Source of the DNA: the human T2T-CHM13v2.0 reference genome, Homo sapiens
Strand: one strand, 5' to 3'
DNA length: 64,000 nt
Assembly (NCBI RefSeq): GCF_009914755.1
Contig: NC_060929.1
Shown piece after piece: positions 43,144-55,780 of this stretch (position 1 is its first letter; each line of letters begins with the position of its first letter). Both the position numbers and the translations under genes were made by a program. The notes under the pieces are model-generated. The model was given only the letters and a program-made list of their open reading frames with translations, was not told the DNA's origin and searched no databases.

Positions 43144-43704
43144 AAAATGCTCCAGCTTATAGAAGACTAAGGAGATAAAGAGATATAATGGCTAAATGCA
43201 GTATTTGTCTCTAGACATTATTAGTAGATCTGCTAACAAAACTGGAATATGCATAGATAAAAATATTATATCAGTATAAATTCATCAGGTTGATACTGCA
43301 CTGTAGTTATATAAGAGAATAGCCCTATTCTTAGGAAATACAAACAGAAGTACTTAGGGGTCAAGTGGTACAATGTAAGTTAGGCTCAAACCACTCAGAA
43401 AAAAAAATAGGTATAGAGAAAGAAAAAGTACAAATGTTAAAGAAAATAAAATAAAGTTTTTTAAATAGGCAAATCTAGCTAAAGAATATATAAATGTTTC
43501 TTGTACTAATTTTATTTAAGCAACTTTATTTGTGCAAGTTTGAAATTATTTCCTAATATTTTAAAATAATTAAATTTTATTATTATATTTAAATATCTAT
43601 ACATTTCCATTAAGTATAAGTTAATATTTATAAGTTCATATATAAAAATAAGTATATTTTATACATTTTATATATATTCTAAATATATTAAATTATTTCC
43701 AAAT

Positions 43705-44124
43705 CAATATAGTGTGAATGTTTGTCTCCTCTAAATCTCATGTTGACATATGGTTCTCAGTGTTGGAGGTGGGGCCTAATGAGAGGTGATTGGATGATAT
43801 GGGCTGATCCCTCATGAATGGTTTAGCACTATCCCCTTAGGGATGTCAGTTCTTGCTCAGTTAGTTCACACAAGATCTGTATTTTTAGAAAAGTCTGGCA
43901 CCTACCCTTTCTCTCTCTTTCTCTCATTTTTGTCATGTGATGGGCCTACTCTCCCTTTGCCTTCTGCCATAATTATAAGCTCCCTGAGGCCCTTACAAGA
44001 AGCAGATGCTGGTGCCATGTTTCCTGTACAGCCTACAGAACTGTAAGCCAATTAAGTCTCTTTTCTTTATAAATTACCCAGTTTCAGGTATTTCTTTATA
44101 GCAGAGCAAAAACGACCTAACGCA
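43705..44124 (+). mobile_element. MSTB-like solo LTR
   Basis: GAATGTTTGTCTCCTCTAAATCTCATGTTGA...AATTACCCAGTTTCAGGTATTTCTTTATAGC...CTAACGCA. Confidence 0.8.
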
Positions 44125-44139
44125 CAAATATTTTTAAAT

Positions 44140-46720
44140 AAAAATTTTTTTGTATAAATTTAGGGAGCATAAGTGCAGTTTTGATACATGGTTATATTGC
44201 ATAGTGGTGAAGTCTGAGTTTAGTGTAACCATCACCTGAATAGTGTACATTACACACATTAAGTAATTTTTCATCCTTTACCCACTTCCCACATGTATGT
44301 TTTTAAGTTTCCAATGTCTATTATTCCACAATCTATGTCCATGTGTATATATTACTTAACTCCCACTTATAAGTGAAAACATGTGGCATTTGACTTTCTG
44401 TTTCTGAGTTATTTCACTTAAGATAATGGCCTCTAATTCCACTGATGTTGCTGCAAAGGATACGATTTTATTCTTTTAAAATAAATAAGTAGTATTCCTA
44501 AAGCATTCATTCATATATACATATGAATATACATATATATTCATATGTATATATATATATATATAGACACATTTTCATTATCCAATCACCCACTAATGGA
44601 CACTTAGATTGATTCCCTCATCTTTGCTATTGTGAATAGTGCTGCGATAAACATATGAGCACAGGTATCTTTCTGAAATCATGATTTACTTTCCTTTCGT
44701 TAGATATTCAGTCGTGGGATTCCTGGATCAAATGGCAGTTCTACTTTTAGTTCTTTGAGAAACCTCCATAATGTTTTTCATAGAAGTTGTACTAATTTAC
44801 ATTTCCACCAACAGTGCATAAGCGTTCCTTTTCTCTGCATCCTCACTAATATCTGTTGTTGTTTGACTTTTTTAATAACAACAATTCTGACTGGTGTAAG
44901 GTAATATCCCACTGTGGTTTTAATTTGCATTTATCTGATGATTAGTAATGACCATTTTTTCATGTGCTTGTTGGTTATTTGTATGTCTTCTTTTGAAAAA
45001 AAAATGCCTATTTATGTCCTTTGCCCACTTTTGATGAGTTTTGGGAGTTTTGTCTTGTTGAGTTGTTTGAGTTCTTTGTAACTTTTGGATCTCAGGCTCC
45101 TAAGGGACGCATTGTTTGCAAATATTTTCTCCCAGTTTGCAAGTTGTCTGTTCACTCTATTGATTATTATTCATCGCAGTGCTGAAGCTTTTTAGTTTAA
45201 TTAAGTCCCATTTGTCTTATTTTAGATTTGTTTCTTGTGCTTTTGAATTCTTAGTCATGAATTCTTTGCCAAGGCCAATGTGCAGAAGAGTTTTTCCAAA
45301 ATTTTCTTCTAGTATTTTCATAGTTGGGGTCTTTTAAGTCTTTAACCTATTTTTTAGTTAATTTTTGTATATGATAAGAGATATGGGTCCAGTTTCATTC
45401 TTCCGCATATAGATATCCAATTTTCCCAGCACCATTTATTGAATAGGGTTTGATTTCCCTGGTGTATGTTTTTGTTGACTTTGTTGAAGATCAGTTGTCT
45501 GTAGTTATGTGGCTTCATTTCTGGGTTCTCTATTCTATTCCATTGATCTATCTATTTTTATCCAAGCACCATGCTGTTTTGGTTACTATAGGCTTGTAGT
45601 ATAATTTGAAGTCAGAAAATATGACACCTTCAACTTTGTTCTTTTTGCTTAGGATTGCTTAGGCCATTCAGGCTCCCTTTTGGTTACCTATGAAATTTAG
45701 GATTGTGTTTTCTAATTCTGTGAAAAATTATGTTGCTAGTTTGACAGGGACTGCATTGAATCTGTATATTGCTTTGGGCAGTATGGTCATTTTAATAATA
45801 TGAATTCTTCTGATCCATGAGCATGGGATGTGTTTCCACTTTTTTGTGTTGACTACAATGTCTTTCTTCAGTGTTTCATAATTTTATTTGAAACTTTCTT
45901 AATTAAATATATTCCTATGTATTCTATTCTTCTTAGAGCTATTGTAAATGGGATTCAGTTCTTGATTTACTTCTTGGCTTCTTGGCTTGATCATTATTGG
46001 TGTGTATGAGACACTGCTGATTTTTATATGCTGATTTTGTATCCTAAAACTTTACTGAATTCATTTATCAAGTATAGGAATCTTTTTAGGGTTTTCTAGG
46101 TATAACATTATATCATCAGAAAACAGAGATAATTTGATTTCTTATTTTCCAATTTGAATGCCTTTCATTTCTCTCTTTTCTGATTGCTCTGGCTAGGACT
46201 GCTAGTTCTGTGTTGAATAAGAGTGGTGAAAGGGGGCATTCTTGTCTTCTTCCAGACCTTAGAAAGAATGTTTTCAGCTTTTCTTCATTCATTATGATGT
46301 TACCTGTGGGTTTGTCATATATGGTTTTTATTATTTTGAGGTATGGTCCTTGTATTCCTAATTTGTTAAAGGTTTTTATCCTGAAGAGATACTGAATTTT
46401 ATCAGATGCTTTTTCTGCATTGAGATGATCATGTGGTTTTTATTTTTAATTCTGTTTATGTGGTAAATCACATTTATTGATTTGCATATGTTGAACCATC
46501 TTTGAATTTCTGGAATAAATTCCACTTAATCTTGCTGTATTTTTTGATGTTCTATTGAATTCCATTTGCTAGTATGTTTTTGAGGATTGTCGCATCTATG
46601 ATCATCAGGGATATTGGTGTGTGGTTTTCTTATTTTGTTGTGTCCTTGTTTAGCTTTGGTATCATGGTGATACTGGCTTCGTAGAATGAGTTAGGGAGAA
46701 TTCCCTCCTTCTAAATTTTT
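44140..46720 (-). mobile_element. 5'-truncated L1PB-like element
   Basis: Reverse L1 ORF2 and 3'UTR (TTGAATAAGAGTGGTGAAAGGGGGCATTCTTGTCTT; GCATAGTGGTGAAGTCTGAG). Confidence 0.88.
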
Positions 46721-47212
46721 AAGTAGAAATAATAACAAAAGGATAATCCAGGCATTTCTCACTCCCTTCTAGTAGTAGAAAAGCACCATAAATGTGGTAG
46801 GGTCTAGTATCCCCCTGCCAAAGAGATTCAACCCCAGGCCAGCTAAGTAGCTGAGAGAGGATAAGAATGAGGCAGCCAGCATGCAATTATCCCATTGCAA
46901 TCTCAAGCCCTGGCAGATTTAACTTTTCTGAGGAAAATATTTCCAAAGGTGGATTTGATTAATGTTTGCAAAACCAATGACTTCAAGTCTCCTAGAAGAC
47001 AATTTAGATGTGTTAGAAGCACAAGTTCAGAGCCCTGGTGTTAGTCAACGATCACAAGACCTGGCAGTCTGCCCTGCCATTCTACCACCCAGCCATGCTG
47101 TCTCTGGAACCTGAAGAACAGTCCAACTCTAATTCTCTCTGCAATCTGAGAGATCTGTTCAGCGTAAGGCAGCAGAAGATGAAGCTTTAAGTCATGAAGA
47201 GCCTACATACAC

Positions 47213-47591
47213 TGTATTAGTGTGTTCTCATGCTGCTAATAAAGACATACCTGAGACTGGATAATTTCTAAAGAAAAGATGTTTCATTGACTCATAGTTC
47301 AGCATGGCTGAGGAGGCCTCAGGAAACTTACAATCATGGTGGAAGGCAAAGGAGAAGCAAGGCACCTTCTTCACAAGGCAGCAGGAAGGAGAAGTGCAAG
47401 CAGAGGAAATGCCAGATGCTTATAAAACCATCGGATCTCATGAGAACTCACTCACTATCAGGAGAATAGCATGGGGGAAACCACCCCCATGATTCAATGA
47501 CCTCCCACCAGGTCCCTCCCACAACATATGGGGATTATGGGGATTACAATTCAAGATGACATTTGGGTGGGGACAGAGTGAAACCATATCT
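47213..47591 (-). mobile_element. THE1 (C-like) solo LTR
   Basis: TGTATTAGTGTGTTCTCATGCTGCTAATAAAGACATACC...AAACCATATC. Confidence 0.88.
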
Positions 47592-47884
47592 CACACACAC
47601 ATGCACACACACACACAATTGAATCCATATATAATCATGTATAAACTGAACTCTCACCTGCCTTCCCTTAGGCTATGAGCAACCCGTCTTCCAAGCAATT
47701 CATTTAGACCACGGTATGCAATGATTAGGAGCAGAAACTTTGAAATCAGATAAACCTTGGTTTAACTTCCAGTTTTGCTACTTATTAGCTGTTGATGCTC
47801 AAAGCAAGTTATTTAGACTCATTAGCCTCAATTGCTTCTTCCATAAAATAGTAATGATAACAATAGTAATAGCTCCTTCATAGG

Positions 47885-48234
47885 ATTATTATGAAGATTA
47901 AATGAGATCTTATATGTAAAGTCTATGGTAAGAACTGGATGTTAGTTTTTATTAATGAATATTAAAAGTTTAAGTAGAATTAAGGACACAGTGAGCCACT
48001 GAAAAAATATGTATTTTGCACCAGGGACCACTTTGTTGAAGAAACACTGAACCACTTTCTATTATTATGAAGATTAAATGAGATCTTATATGTAAAGGCT
48101 ATGGTAAGAACTGGGTGTTAGTTTTTATTAATGAATTTTAAAAGTTTAAGTAGAATTAAGAACACACTGAACCACTGAAAAAATATGTGTTTTGCACCAG
48201 GGACCACTTTGTTGAAGAAACACTGAACCACTTT
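47885..48234. repeat. Tandem duplication, 176-bp unit x2
   Basis: 47885-48060 is repeated at 48061-48234 with a few substitutions. Confidence 0.95.
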
Positions 48235-48960
48235 GTATTGAATACATTATTTATCCATCTATTCATGAAACAAAAATTTATTGAGTACTTACTATATGAG
48301 AGGATAAAATGACAAAACACTGTCCTTTTTTTTAAAAAAAAAAAGCATATGGTAAGGAGATAGATACATACATAACTAATTACAATGCATGATATTACTA
48401 ACATAAGAGTATTATAAATTAAATTCTAGGTGACCTTGAAGGAAAGATAAATTGATTTCTTTTAAGGGTTTTAGGAAGGCTTCTTAGAGAAAGTGACATG
48501 GATGTAGAATTTTGAAGTCAACAATAGGAAAAAGAGGAAGGAAGCGAGGGCATTTTATAAAGAAGAAACAATATAAAGAGTTAAACATATATTATAGTTT
48601 TTTGATCAGTAAGTAAGGATTTTTGCAAAACTTTCTCTTTCAGTGAGTCATCAATAAATCATTCAGAAGACTCACAGAATATTTCACAACCCTAATTTCT
48701 TCAGAAGAATCTCATTTTCTCCTTTTCCTGAAGCCAGGCTCCCCCTCAACCCTTTCCCCAACAAACATAAAATTTCAAATAGATGTTAACACAGAGCCCT
48801 GATTCTAATGCTACAGTAGCGAGAAGTTATAAAAACTTAAAAAGAAACTTGTTAACTTGAGTTTTGCAACATAGGATGGAAACATGTAATTTATTCACTA
48901 AACAATTTATTTTTTAAAAAAAACTTCAACCTAGTCCTTAAAAATCTAACATAGCAGCTG

Positions 48961-49072
48961 TTGAGAAAAATGACAAATATTGTACTTTAATTTTTGGATA
49001 TACTGTTCTATACAATATTGAGAAAATGACAAATATTGTACTTTAGTTTTTGGATATACTGTTTTATATAAC
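48961..49072. repeat. Tandem duplication, ~57-bp unit x2
   Basis: TTGAGAAAA(A)TGACAAATATTGTACTTTA(A/G)TTTTTGGATATACTGTT occurs twice in a row. Confidence 0.93.
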
Positions 49073-49394
49073 GGAATTTCAGTCTCTAAAGCCTCAAGTG
49101 GATCTAGAAAGTACATTGCTCATTCTTTGATATACACCCTACTCACTACTTAAAATAATTGGATTTTATTTTTAAGATATAATGCTGAAGTAAACCTCAT
49201 GTCTCTAAAGACACTTTCTATTTTGTACCCATCAATTCATGAAATGTCTCATTTCTCTTTAAATGCACTTTATAGTGAAAGAGTATCATACTGAATCCAA
49301 AGTTGCTCTAGAATTATTCACATTTTTCTTGCCAGCTATTATGACATGAATATAAATTGTTAGGCTACTTGTATAAGAAAAAATAAAACATATC

Positions 49395-50030
49395 TGTTCC
49401 AGGTTTATACTCCCGTATAACAAACTACCCCAAAACTTAGTGACTCAAGGAAACAATTTACTATTTTCTCTTACAATTCTGGGGGCTAATGGGCTCAGTT
49501 GGGCAGTTCTTGTTTAACAAGCTTCATAAAGTTGCAGGCAAATATAGCTGTGGCTAAAGTCACCTGAAGGCACCTTTACAAATATATCTGATGCCTGGGC
49601 TGGGATGGCAAGAATAGCTGGGTGCTGGTAAGTCTGTCCCTTTCCCTGTCTCCCTCTCCCTACTTACCCTCTCCTTCTCCTTGTCCTTCTTCCCTCTTCT
49701 TCCCTCTCCCCTTCTGCACATAGCCTACCCCCAACCCCTGCCCCTGGTAATGTGGCTTCTCCATATAGTTAGTTTGGTTTTCCTCTTAGTCCTGAAAGTC
49801 TCTGGATAGTTAGACTTCTCACATGGTATTTGACTTCTCCCAAGAAAACATTCCAAGTTGCTAAAGAGAAGCTGCAAGGCTTTTGATGAGCTAGCCTCAG
49901 AAGTCTCAGAATGTCACTCTGTTGCATTCTATTGGTCAATCCGGTCACTAAGGTCAAGAAAAGGGATGTTAGACCCCACCACTCAATAGAAAGAATTTCC
50001 AAAAAATTGTGGCCATCTTTAATTTCCTAC
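49395..50030 (-). mobile_element. Old MLT1 LTR
   Basis: TATAACAAACTACCCCAAAACTTAGTGACT...TGCATTCTATTGGTCA...GGCCATCTTTAAT. Confidence 0.65.
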
Positions 50031-50886
50031 GATGCCTACACAAAAATGGAATATTGCTAGATTTATTTAAACTTTTTCTTCCTTCTTTAGTGAATTTGAA
50101 AGAGACCAAAATTAGCATAAAACTCCTAAACTCAGACTACATTCATTAGTTAACTAATTTATTAATTGCTTTCTACTTAGTAATTAAGAAAAAACCATAT
50201 AGCAACTAGTATAAAATTTTATTTTGTGCTCAGTGTGGCTTATTGACAAAAATATTCTTTAGAAAATATTTTGAAATAATTCTCAAGAGTGTGCTCTATA
50301 GGTGGTATCTAGCCACTAATACAAAAGTCAGTAATCTGCCAAGAATGAGTGATCTCAGCCACTTTGAATCCCACTTCAATTTACCTCCTAACTTATCAGT
50401 AGCATCAAAAAGCTGCAAAGTGCATTTCTGAGTGTCTAGCATTCTCTAGAATATGCCAGCTGCTACACCACCTTCAAATGGAACCACTCTACCTCCCATA
50501 CTTTCAATGTTTTGGCATGTTTGGCACATCCATCTTCATTATAGCTGAAGAACTATCACAGAAACATGACTCCAGAGAAAGATATATTTGAAGCAAAGAT
50601 AATATTTTACATGATACAGCCAAATTCTCATCTACAGATTGGTAATGAGAAACTGTTTTCCTCATGGCATCTAGAAGAAAGGCTAATTTCCTTAAATAGA
50701 ACAGCTGTGTTACTTCTAGTTCTCTCTTTGTTGCTCCATAAAAAACTACCCCAAACTTAATGACTTGAAAAAACAACCATTTTATTATACCACACAAATC
50801 TCTAGAACAACATTTTGGGTAGGAGTCAACTAGACAACTCTGCTCCACACAGCAGTGACTGTGGTCACTCAGCAATATTCAGCTGA

Positions 50887-51311
<425 letters not shown>

Positions 51312-52769
51312 TTACCACAAAGCCCATGAGAAGGCAGACAGTTCTGAAACCATATTCTGGAATCTCTGCCCTGCAGGTCCCTAAAGAGTTAACTCAAAGC
51401 CAGATACCCAATGGAGGCTCAATTAATGTGAATTAGAAGCAACAATGAACCAAATCCACAGATAACATTACTCACACTAGATTGAAAAGTGTAATCTAGA
51501 AATATTAAGTGTGAAAAAGTTTCTCAATTATAGTTAAATCAGAATTCTTTAATATGTAAAGGCAGTGAACGGAATGTTAAAAAAAAATGGAATGTCACAT
51601 AACTTCTATAAATTAGGTGGTAGAGGACACCAGTTATGATGCATTTCATGAACCCCTACTCAAAAAGAAGCTACTTGTTGAAACAAAATATGAATTTAAG
51701 TGTTTTTTTTAAGTGTTTTTTTGGGGGGGAGGGGCATGGTTGTTCTCTTCCAAAAACTGAAAAAAAAAAAAAAAAAAAAGACGAAAAGAGCATATATGTT
51801 ATGCCCTTTTCAAAGCAAACCTTAGGTCTTATTGGAATTGTTTCCTAATGCTATATAAATGAGACACGTGAGGCAATATACACTCCCCCACAGATGAATA
51901 ACATAACATTTAGGTTACCAGGGCCTTTCACAATCTAACCTAACACCACTTTCCCAGGTTCATTTATCACTGGTTTCTTCTCAATACCTTCTGGTCAAAG
52001 ACCACCAGAAGCACACATGTAATTGACAAACGGGGTTTATTATTCATTGCAGTAAGGGTTCTCTGTAAAATATTAGAAAATGCTTATTGGATTTGGGATT
52101 TTTTTCTCCTAATATTGGCTACCTTACCAAATCTTAGGAGGAAGAAAGGCTAGATCAAGGCTAAGATTGTAATTGGTAAAGAAGCAGAAGTCATCAAATT
52201 AAACCAGATAGGGTGATGTCCGGTCATTTTCGTGGCTTGGACAATGTTTTATCTGTGTTCAGATGTGATTACACAGTGATCATATTCTTTTCTTAATGAA
52301 CACTGTCAGAGTGGTCTTGTTGGATGCTAATGCTTGCTGAAATTGTGTACGTTCATCAGGCGGACACCAGTTCCTAGTCCAGGCTAGCTCCAGGTGTCAG
52401 AGGCCACTTTTCCCTTCTACTCCTCACACATGCTGTACTCATACCAGACTTGAGTTTTCCCTGCCCTTTGTTCTTCCTTCTTTTTTATTCGATTCCCATT
52501 ATCTTTAGTGATCATTCCCTTAGCATTTCAGTTTTCTCTCTGAAGTCCTTTGTGCTGCACGTTGTTTGATTACTTGTGTTTATGCTTTGTTTCTTCAGCT
52601 AGGATCATTAGCACATATCTCTCAGCATTGGCAAAAGTCCTCGAAATCATTGACACCTAGCATATACTTTATTTTTAAAAAAGAAAGAAAGAAGAGAAAA
52701 GGGATGGGTTTATTGTCCTTTTCAACAGACTAGAGTATACGGGGTGAAACTGCTTCACTTGATTCAATA

Positions 52770-53064
52770 AAATCGTTTCCGGTAACAGGCCCCAGGAATC
52801 CTAGACCTAAGCCTGGCGCGAAACTACATTTCCCACAATCCTTCGGGGGCTGATAAGGCTCCGCAATGGTCTGAACTACAATTCCCACAATCCAGGGCGA
52901 TTTCCGCTTTGTCGCGTTTCCTCAAGGCTCCGCCCCATTTCCCATCTTTCTTTTCAGTCCTTGCGCACCGGGGAACAAGGTCGTGAAAAAAAAGGTCTTG
53001 GTGAGGTGCCGCCATTTCATCTGTCCTCATTCTCTGCGCCTTTCGCAGAGCTTCCAGCAGCGGT
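52770..53064 (+). promoter_or_regulatory. COX7C: COX7C promoter/5'UTR in a CpG-rich region (extends to ~53480)
   Basis: Two ACTACA-N-TTCCCACAATCC ZNF143-type motifs (52823-52841, 52875-52893), GC box GGCTCCGCCCC (~52926), TTTCCG ETS-like sites, pyrimidine tract CTTTCTTTTC (~52946, likely TSS), YY1 GCCGCCATTT (53008-53017). No TATA box. Confidence 0.85.
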
Positions 53065-53139
53065 ATGTTGGGCCAGAGCATCCGGAGGTTCACAACCTCT
53101 GTGGTCCGTAGGAGCCACTATGAGGAGGGCCCTGGGAAG
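53065..53139 (+). CDS. COX7C: Cytochrome c oxidase subunit 7C, coding exon 1 (mitochondrial presequence)
   Basis: ATG at 53065, translates [25 protein letters not shown], donor AG|GTTAGT at 53140. Confidence 0.98.
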
Positions 53140-53656
53140 GTTAGTGTGTAAGGGGCACGGCTTCGTTGGGGGAGGGGGCGCTTGGCTGTGACTCGCGCAC
53201 CTGCAAGGCCGCCTCCGGGCTGTGGCGTGGGAGATGATAGCCAGAAACCAGGCTGAGACGCAGACTAGCATTCCACTTAGCCCAAGGACCAGTGAGGAAG
53301 CTGGGCATCCTAGCGCGTAGCCGCTAAAGGAATGGGCAGGTAGATCCGGAAGCCCTGCCTCCATCAGCCACCTGACGCCCCCTCCCCCGCCCCGCAGAAA
53401 GCCCTGAGATGGCTCCGGGAGGCCACGGCTGTAGGTGTGTTGGTTAAATCCGAGCTGGAGGTCATCGGACCCGAAATGAAGGTCATTGGAAAATCATGAG
53501 GAAATCAGGGCCTCTGGTTATGGAACAGGCTTTTTAAACTAGCTGCCTAAGTTAGAAGTACTAACCCTTCACCTCAGTTAAGGCTGGGTTTGGCCTCAGG
53601 TGTAAATAACTTAAACCACATAGCAGTAACAATCTCGGAGGGTCACACGAGGCCTA

Positions 53657-54046
<390 letters not shown>

Positions 54047-54361
54047 CTAAGGTGACTACTTAGGACAGTAGTTTTTTCGATTTTCTAAAGTAAGAAACTT
54101 CTCACTATTTGACGTTTGAGTCCTCAAGACCATTCATTGCCTAGTGCTTAGTAAAGCCAGATTATTTCTTGCCATGTAGTGTTTTGTGATGAAGGTCATA
54201 GGATTTGAAAGATAAATGTTTAAAACGATGTTATGATTTATGGCATATGTTAACCTGATGATGTAAAATATAACTAGCATTTCCTGTATACTTGTATTTT
54301 GATTATTAAGCAGATGATTTGAGATTCAATTTCGATTACTTTTTCTCTTTTTTTCCAACAG

Positions 54362-54478
54362 AATTTGCCATTTTCAGTGGAAAACAAGTGGTCGTTACTA
54401 GCTAAGATGTGTTTGTACTTTGGATCTGCATTTGCTACACCCTTCCTTGTAGTAAGACACCAACTGCTTAAAACATAA
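54362..54478 (+). CDS. COX7C: Cytochrome c oxidase subunit 7C, coding exon 2 (exon extends to 54505)
   Basis: Polypyrimidine tract and CAG acceptor at 54361, translates [41 protein letters not shown] (63 aa total), donor CAG|GTAGTT at 54506. Confidence 0.98.
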   Translation, partial: NLPFSVENKWSLLAKMCLYFGSAFATPFLVVRHQLLKT

Positions 54479-54674
54479 GGATGTTTCAGTTCCTCCATTT
54501 AACAGGTAGTTAGTGGATTTCTAATCATGTTAAAGCAGGCCTTTTTATTAAGTAGCCTCTTCCCCATCACCCAGAACACACACACAAATACATTGTTGTG
54601 TAGGGCTGATTCCTGAGGTTATGTGTAGATGTGGCATTGGTGGAGACTAGTTGTAAACCTATATAAAAATATTT

Positions 54675-54885
54675 CAATAATGGCCAGTGTTTATTGAATA
54701 CTACTGCTTATCAGGTACACTTTACATCGATATCTCATGTTCTCTAGCAAGCTTGTGAGGCGGATGATAGTAACCCCATCTGAGACACAGAGATGTTAAG
54801 TTGTTCAACATCTCATAACTAGTATAATGGTGGACCAGGACTCTTGCCCAGGCAGTTTCTTGTTGCAGAACTCACACTTTTAACC
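54675..54885 (-). mobile_element. MIR in COX7C intron 2
   Basis: TTTATTGAATACTAC...CCCATCTGAGACACAGAGATGTTAAG...CACACTTTTAACCA. Confidence 0.65.
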
Positions 54886-55514
54886 AGGTAAAACTGATAA
54901 ACTGATTAATGTTACTCTATCTTGAACACTGTTACTAGAACAGTAGCTGAGAATGTGTCTTTTAAAACACTATAAACATTTCCATTTCTTTTAGAAAGTG
55001 GTCACTGTGCTCCTAGTTTTTAAATTGGCTTACAATACTTGTTTAAGTTGTGAAAAATCCCTGAAGATAAAACCCTTCTAGTGCTCCTTGATACATAAGT
55101 CCCAGATAATTATGCAATTGTAAATCTGTGCCTCACCAACTCAGCCATGTTGGGAAACTCAAACTTTTAAATATACTTTCCTCATTAAGGCAGTGGTTCT
55201 TAAATGAGGATGATTTTACAACACAATGGGGCATTTGGCAATGTGAGACATTTTTGATCGTTCCAACTTGGGGGCAAAATTACCAGTGGTGCTGAGGTTG
55301 AGAAGCCTTGTGTCAAGGGGATATGTTAATATATGCTCAAAGGAGTCGTTCATATTGGAAGGTTAGCAGATTTGCTGTGTGTGGATAAAATATTTAGCTT
55401 AATTGTCATCAGAGTTTCTCAGAGTAATACTATAGAACACTAGGATGATTGGAAAGAGTGTCATAGTTTAGAGGGGGAATAACTTATCCAAGCTACTAAT
55501 GCGGAAAGGTTGCG

Positions 55515-55578
55515 GTGCATGTGATGAAGCAAATCAGTATGAATGAATTCATGATACTGTAAACGCTTTCTGATGTAC
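55515..55578 (+). ncRNA. SNORD138: Box C/D snoRNA SNORD138 (same locus as the former MIR3607 hairpin, 55506-55584)
   Basis: Box C GTGATGA (55521-55527), box D CTGA (55570-55573), terminal stem GTGCA/TGTAC, intronic ~100 nt upstream of the 3' splice site. Sequence matches the mir-3607 precursor as I recall it. Confidence 0.9.
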
Positions 55579-55676
55579 TACTCAAACTGATAGAAAATAT
55601 TTTCATGAAACTACATGATTTCTGTTAAATGAATGGGATTTTTAAAATGCCATTAATTTCTGTTTTTATTTTGCAG

Positions 55677-55780
55677 ATATGAAGAGCATTTTAAGAGGTG
55701 CAGCCTCTGGAAGTGGATCAAACTAGAACTCATATGCCATACTAGATATGTTTGTCAATAAACTTATGACGTGAATGCTT
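55677..55780 (+). other. COX7C: COX7C non-coding exon 3 (3'UTR); 3' end approximate
   Basis: Acceptor TTTTATTTTGCAG at 55676, AATAAA at 55757-55762. Confidence 0.85.
55757..55762 (+). terminator. COX7C: Polyadenylation signal of COX7C (a possible distal one at 55949-55954)
   Basis: AATAAA followed by T-rich downstream sequence. Confidence 0.8.

Noticed and set aside
52824-53364. Sense and antisense ORFs over the COX7C promoter and exon 1
   Set aside because: No recognisable homology; by-products of GC-rich sequence. The real CDS is the spliced 63-aa frame.
54274-54498. 74-aa antisense ORF over COX7C exon 2
   Set aside because: Shadow ORF of the real exon with no promoter or splice evidence.
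55506-55584. miRNA gene (MIR3607)
   Set aside because: C/D boxes, terminal stem, intron position and rRNA complementarity fit a snoRNA better.
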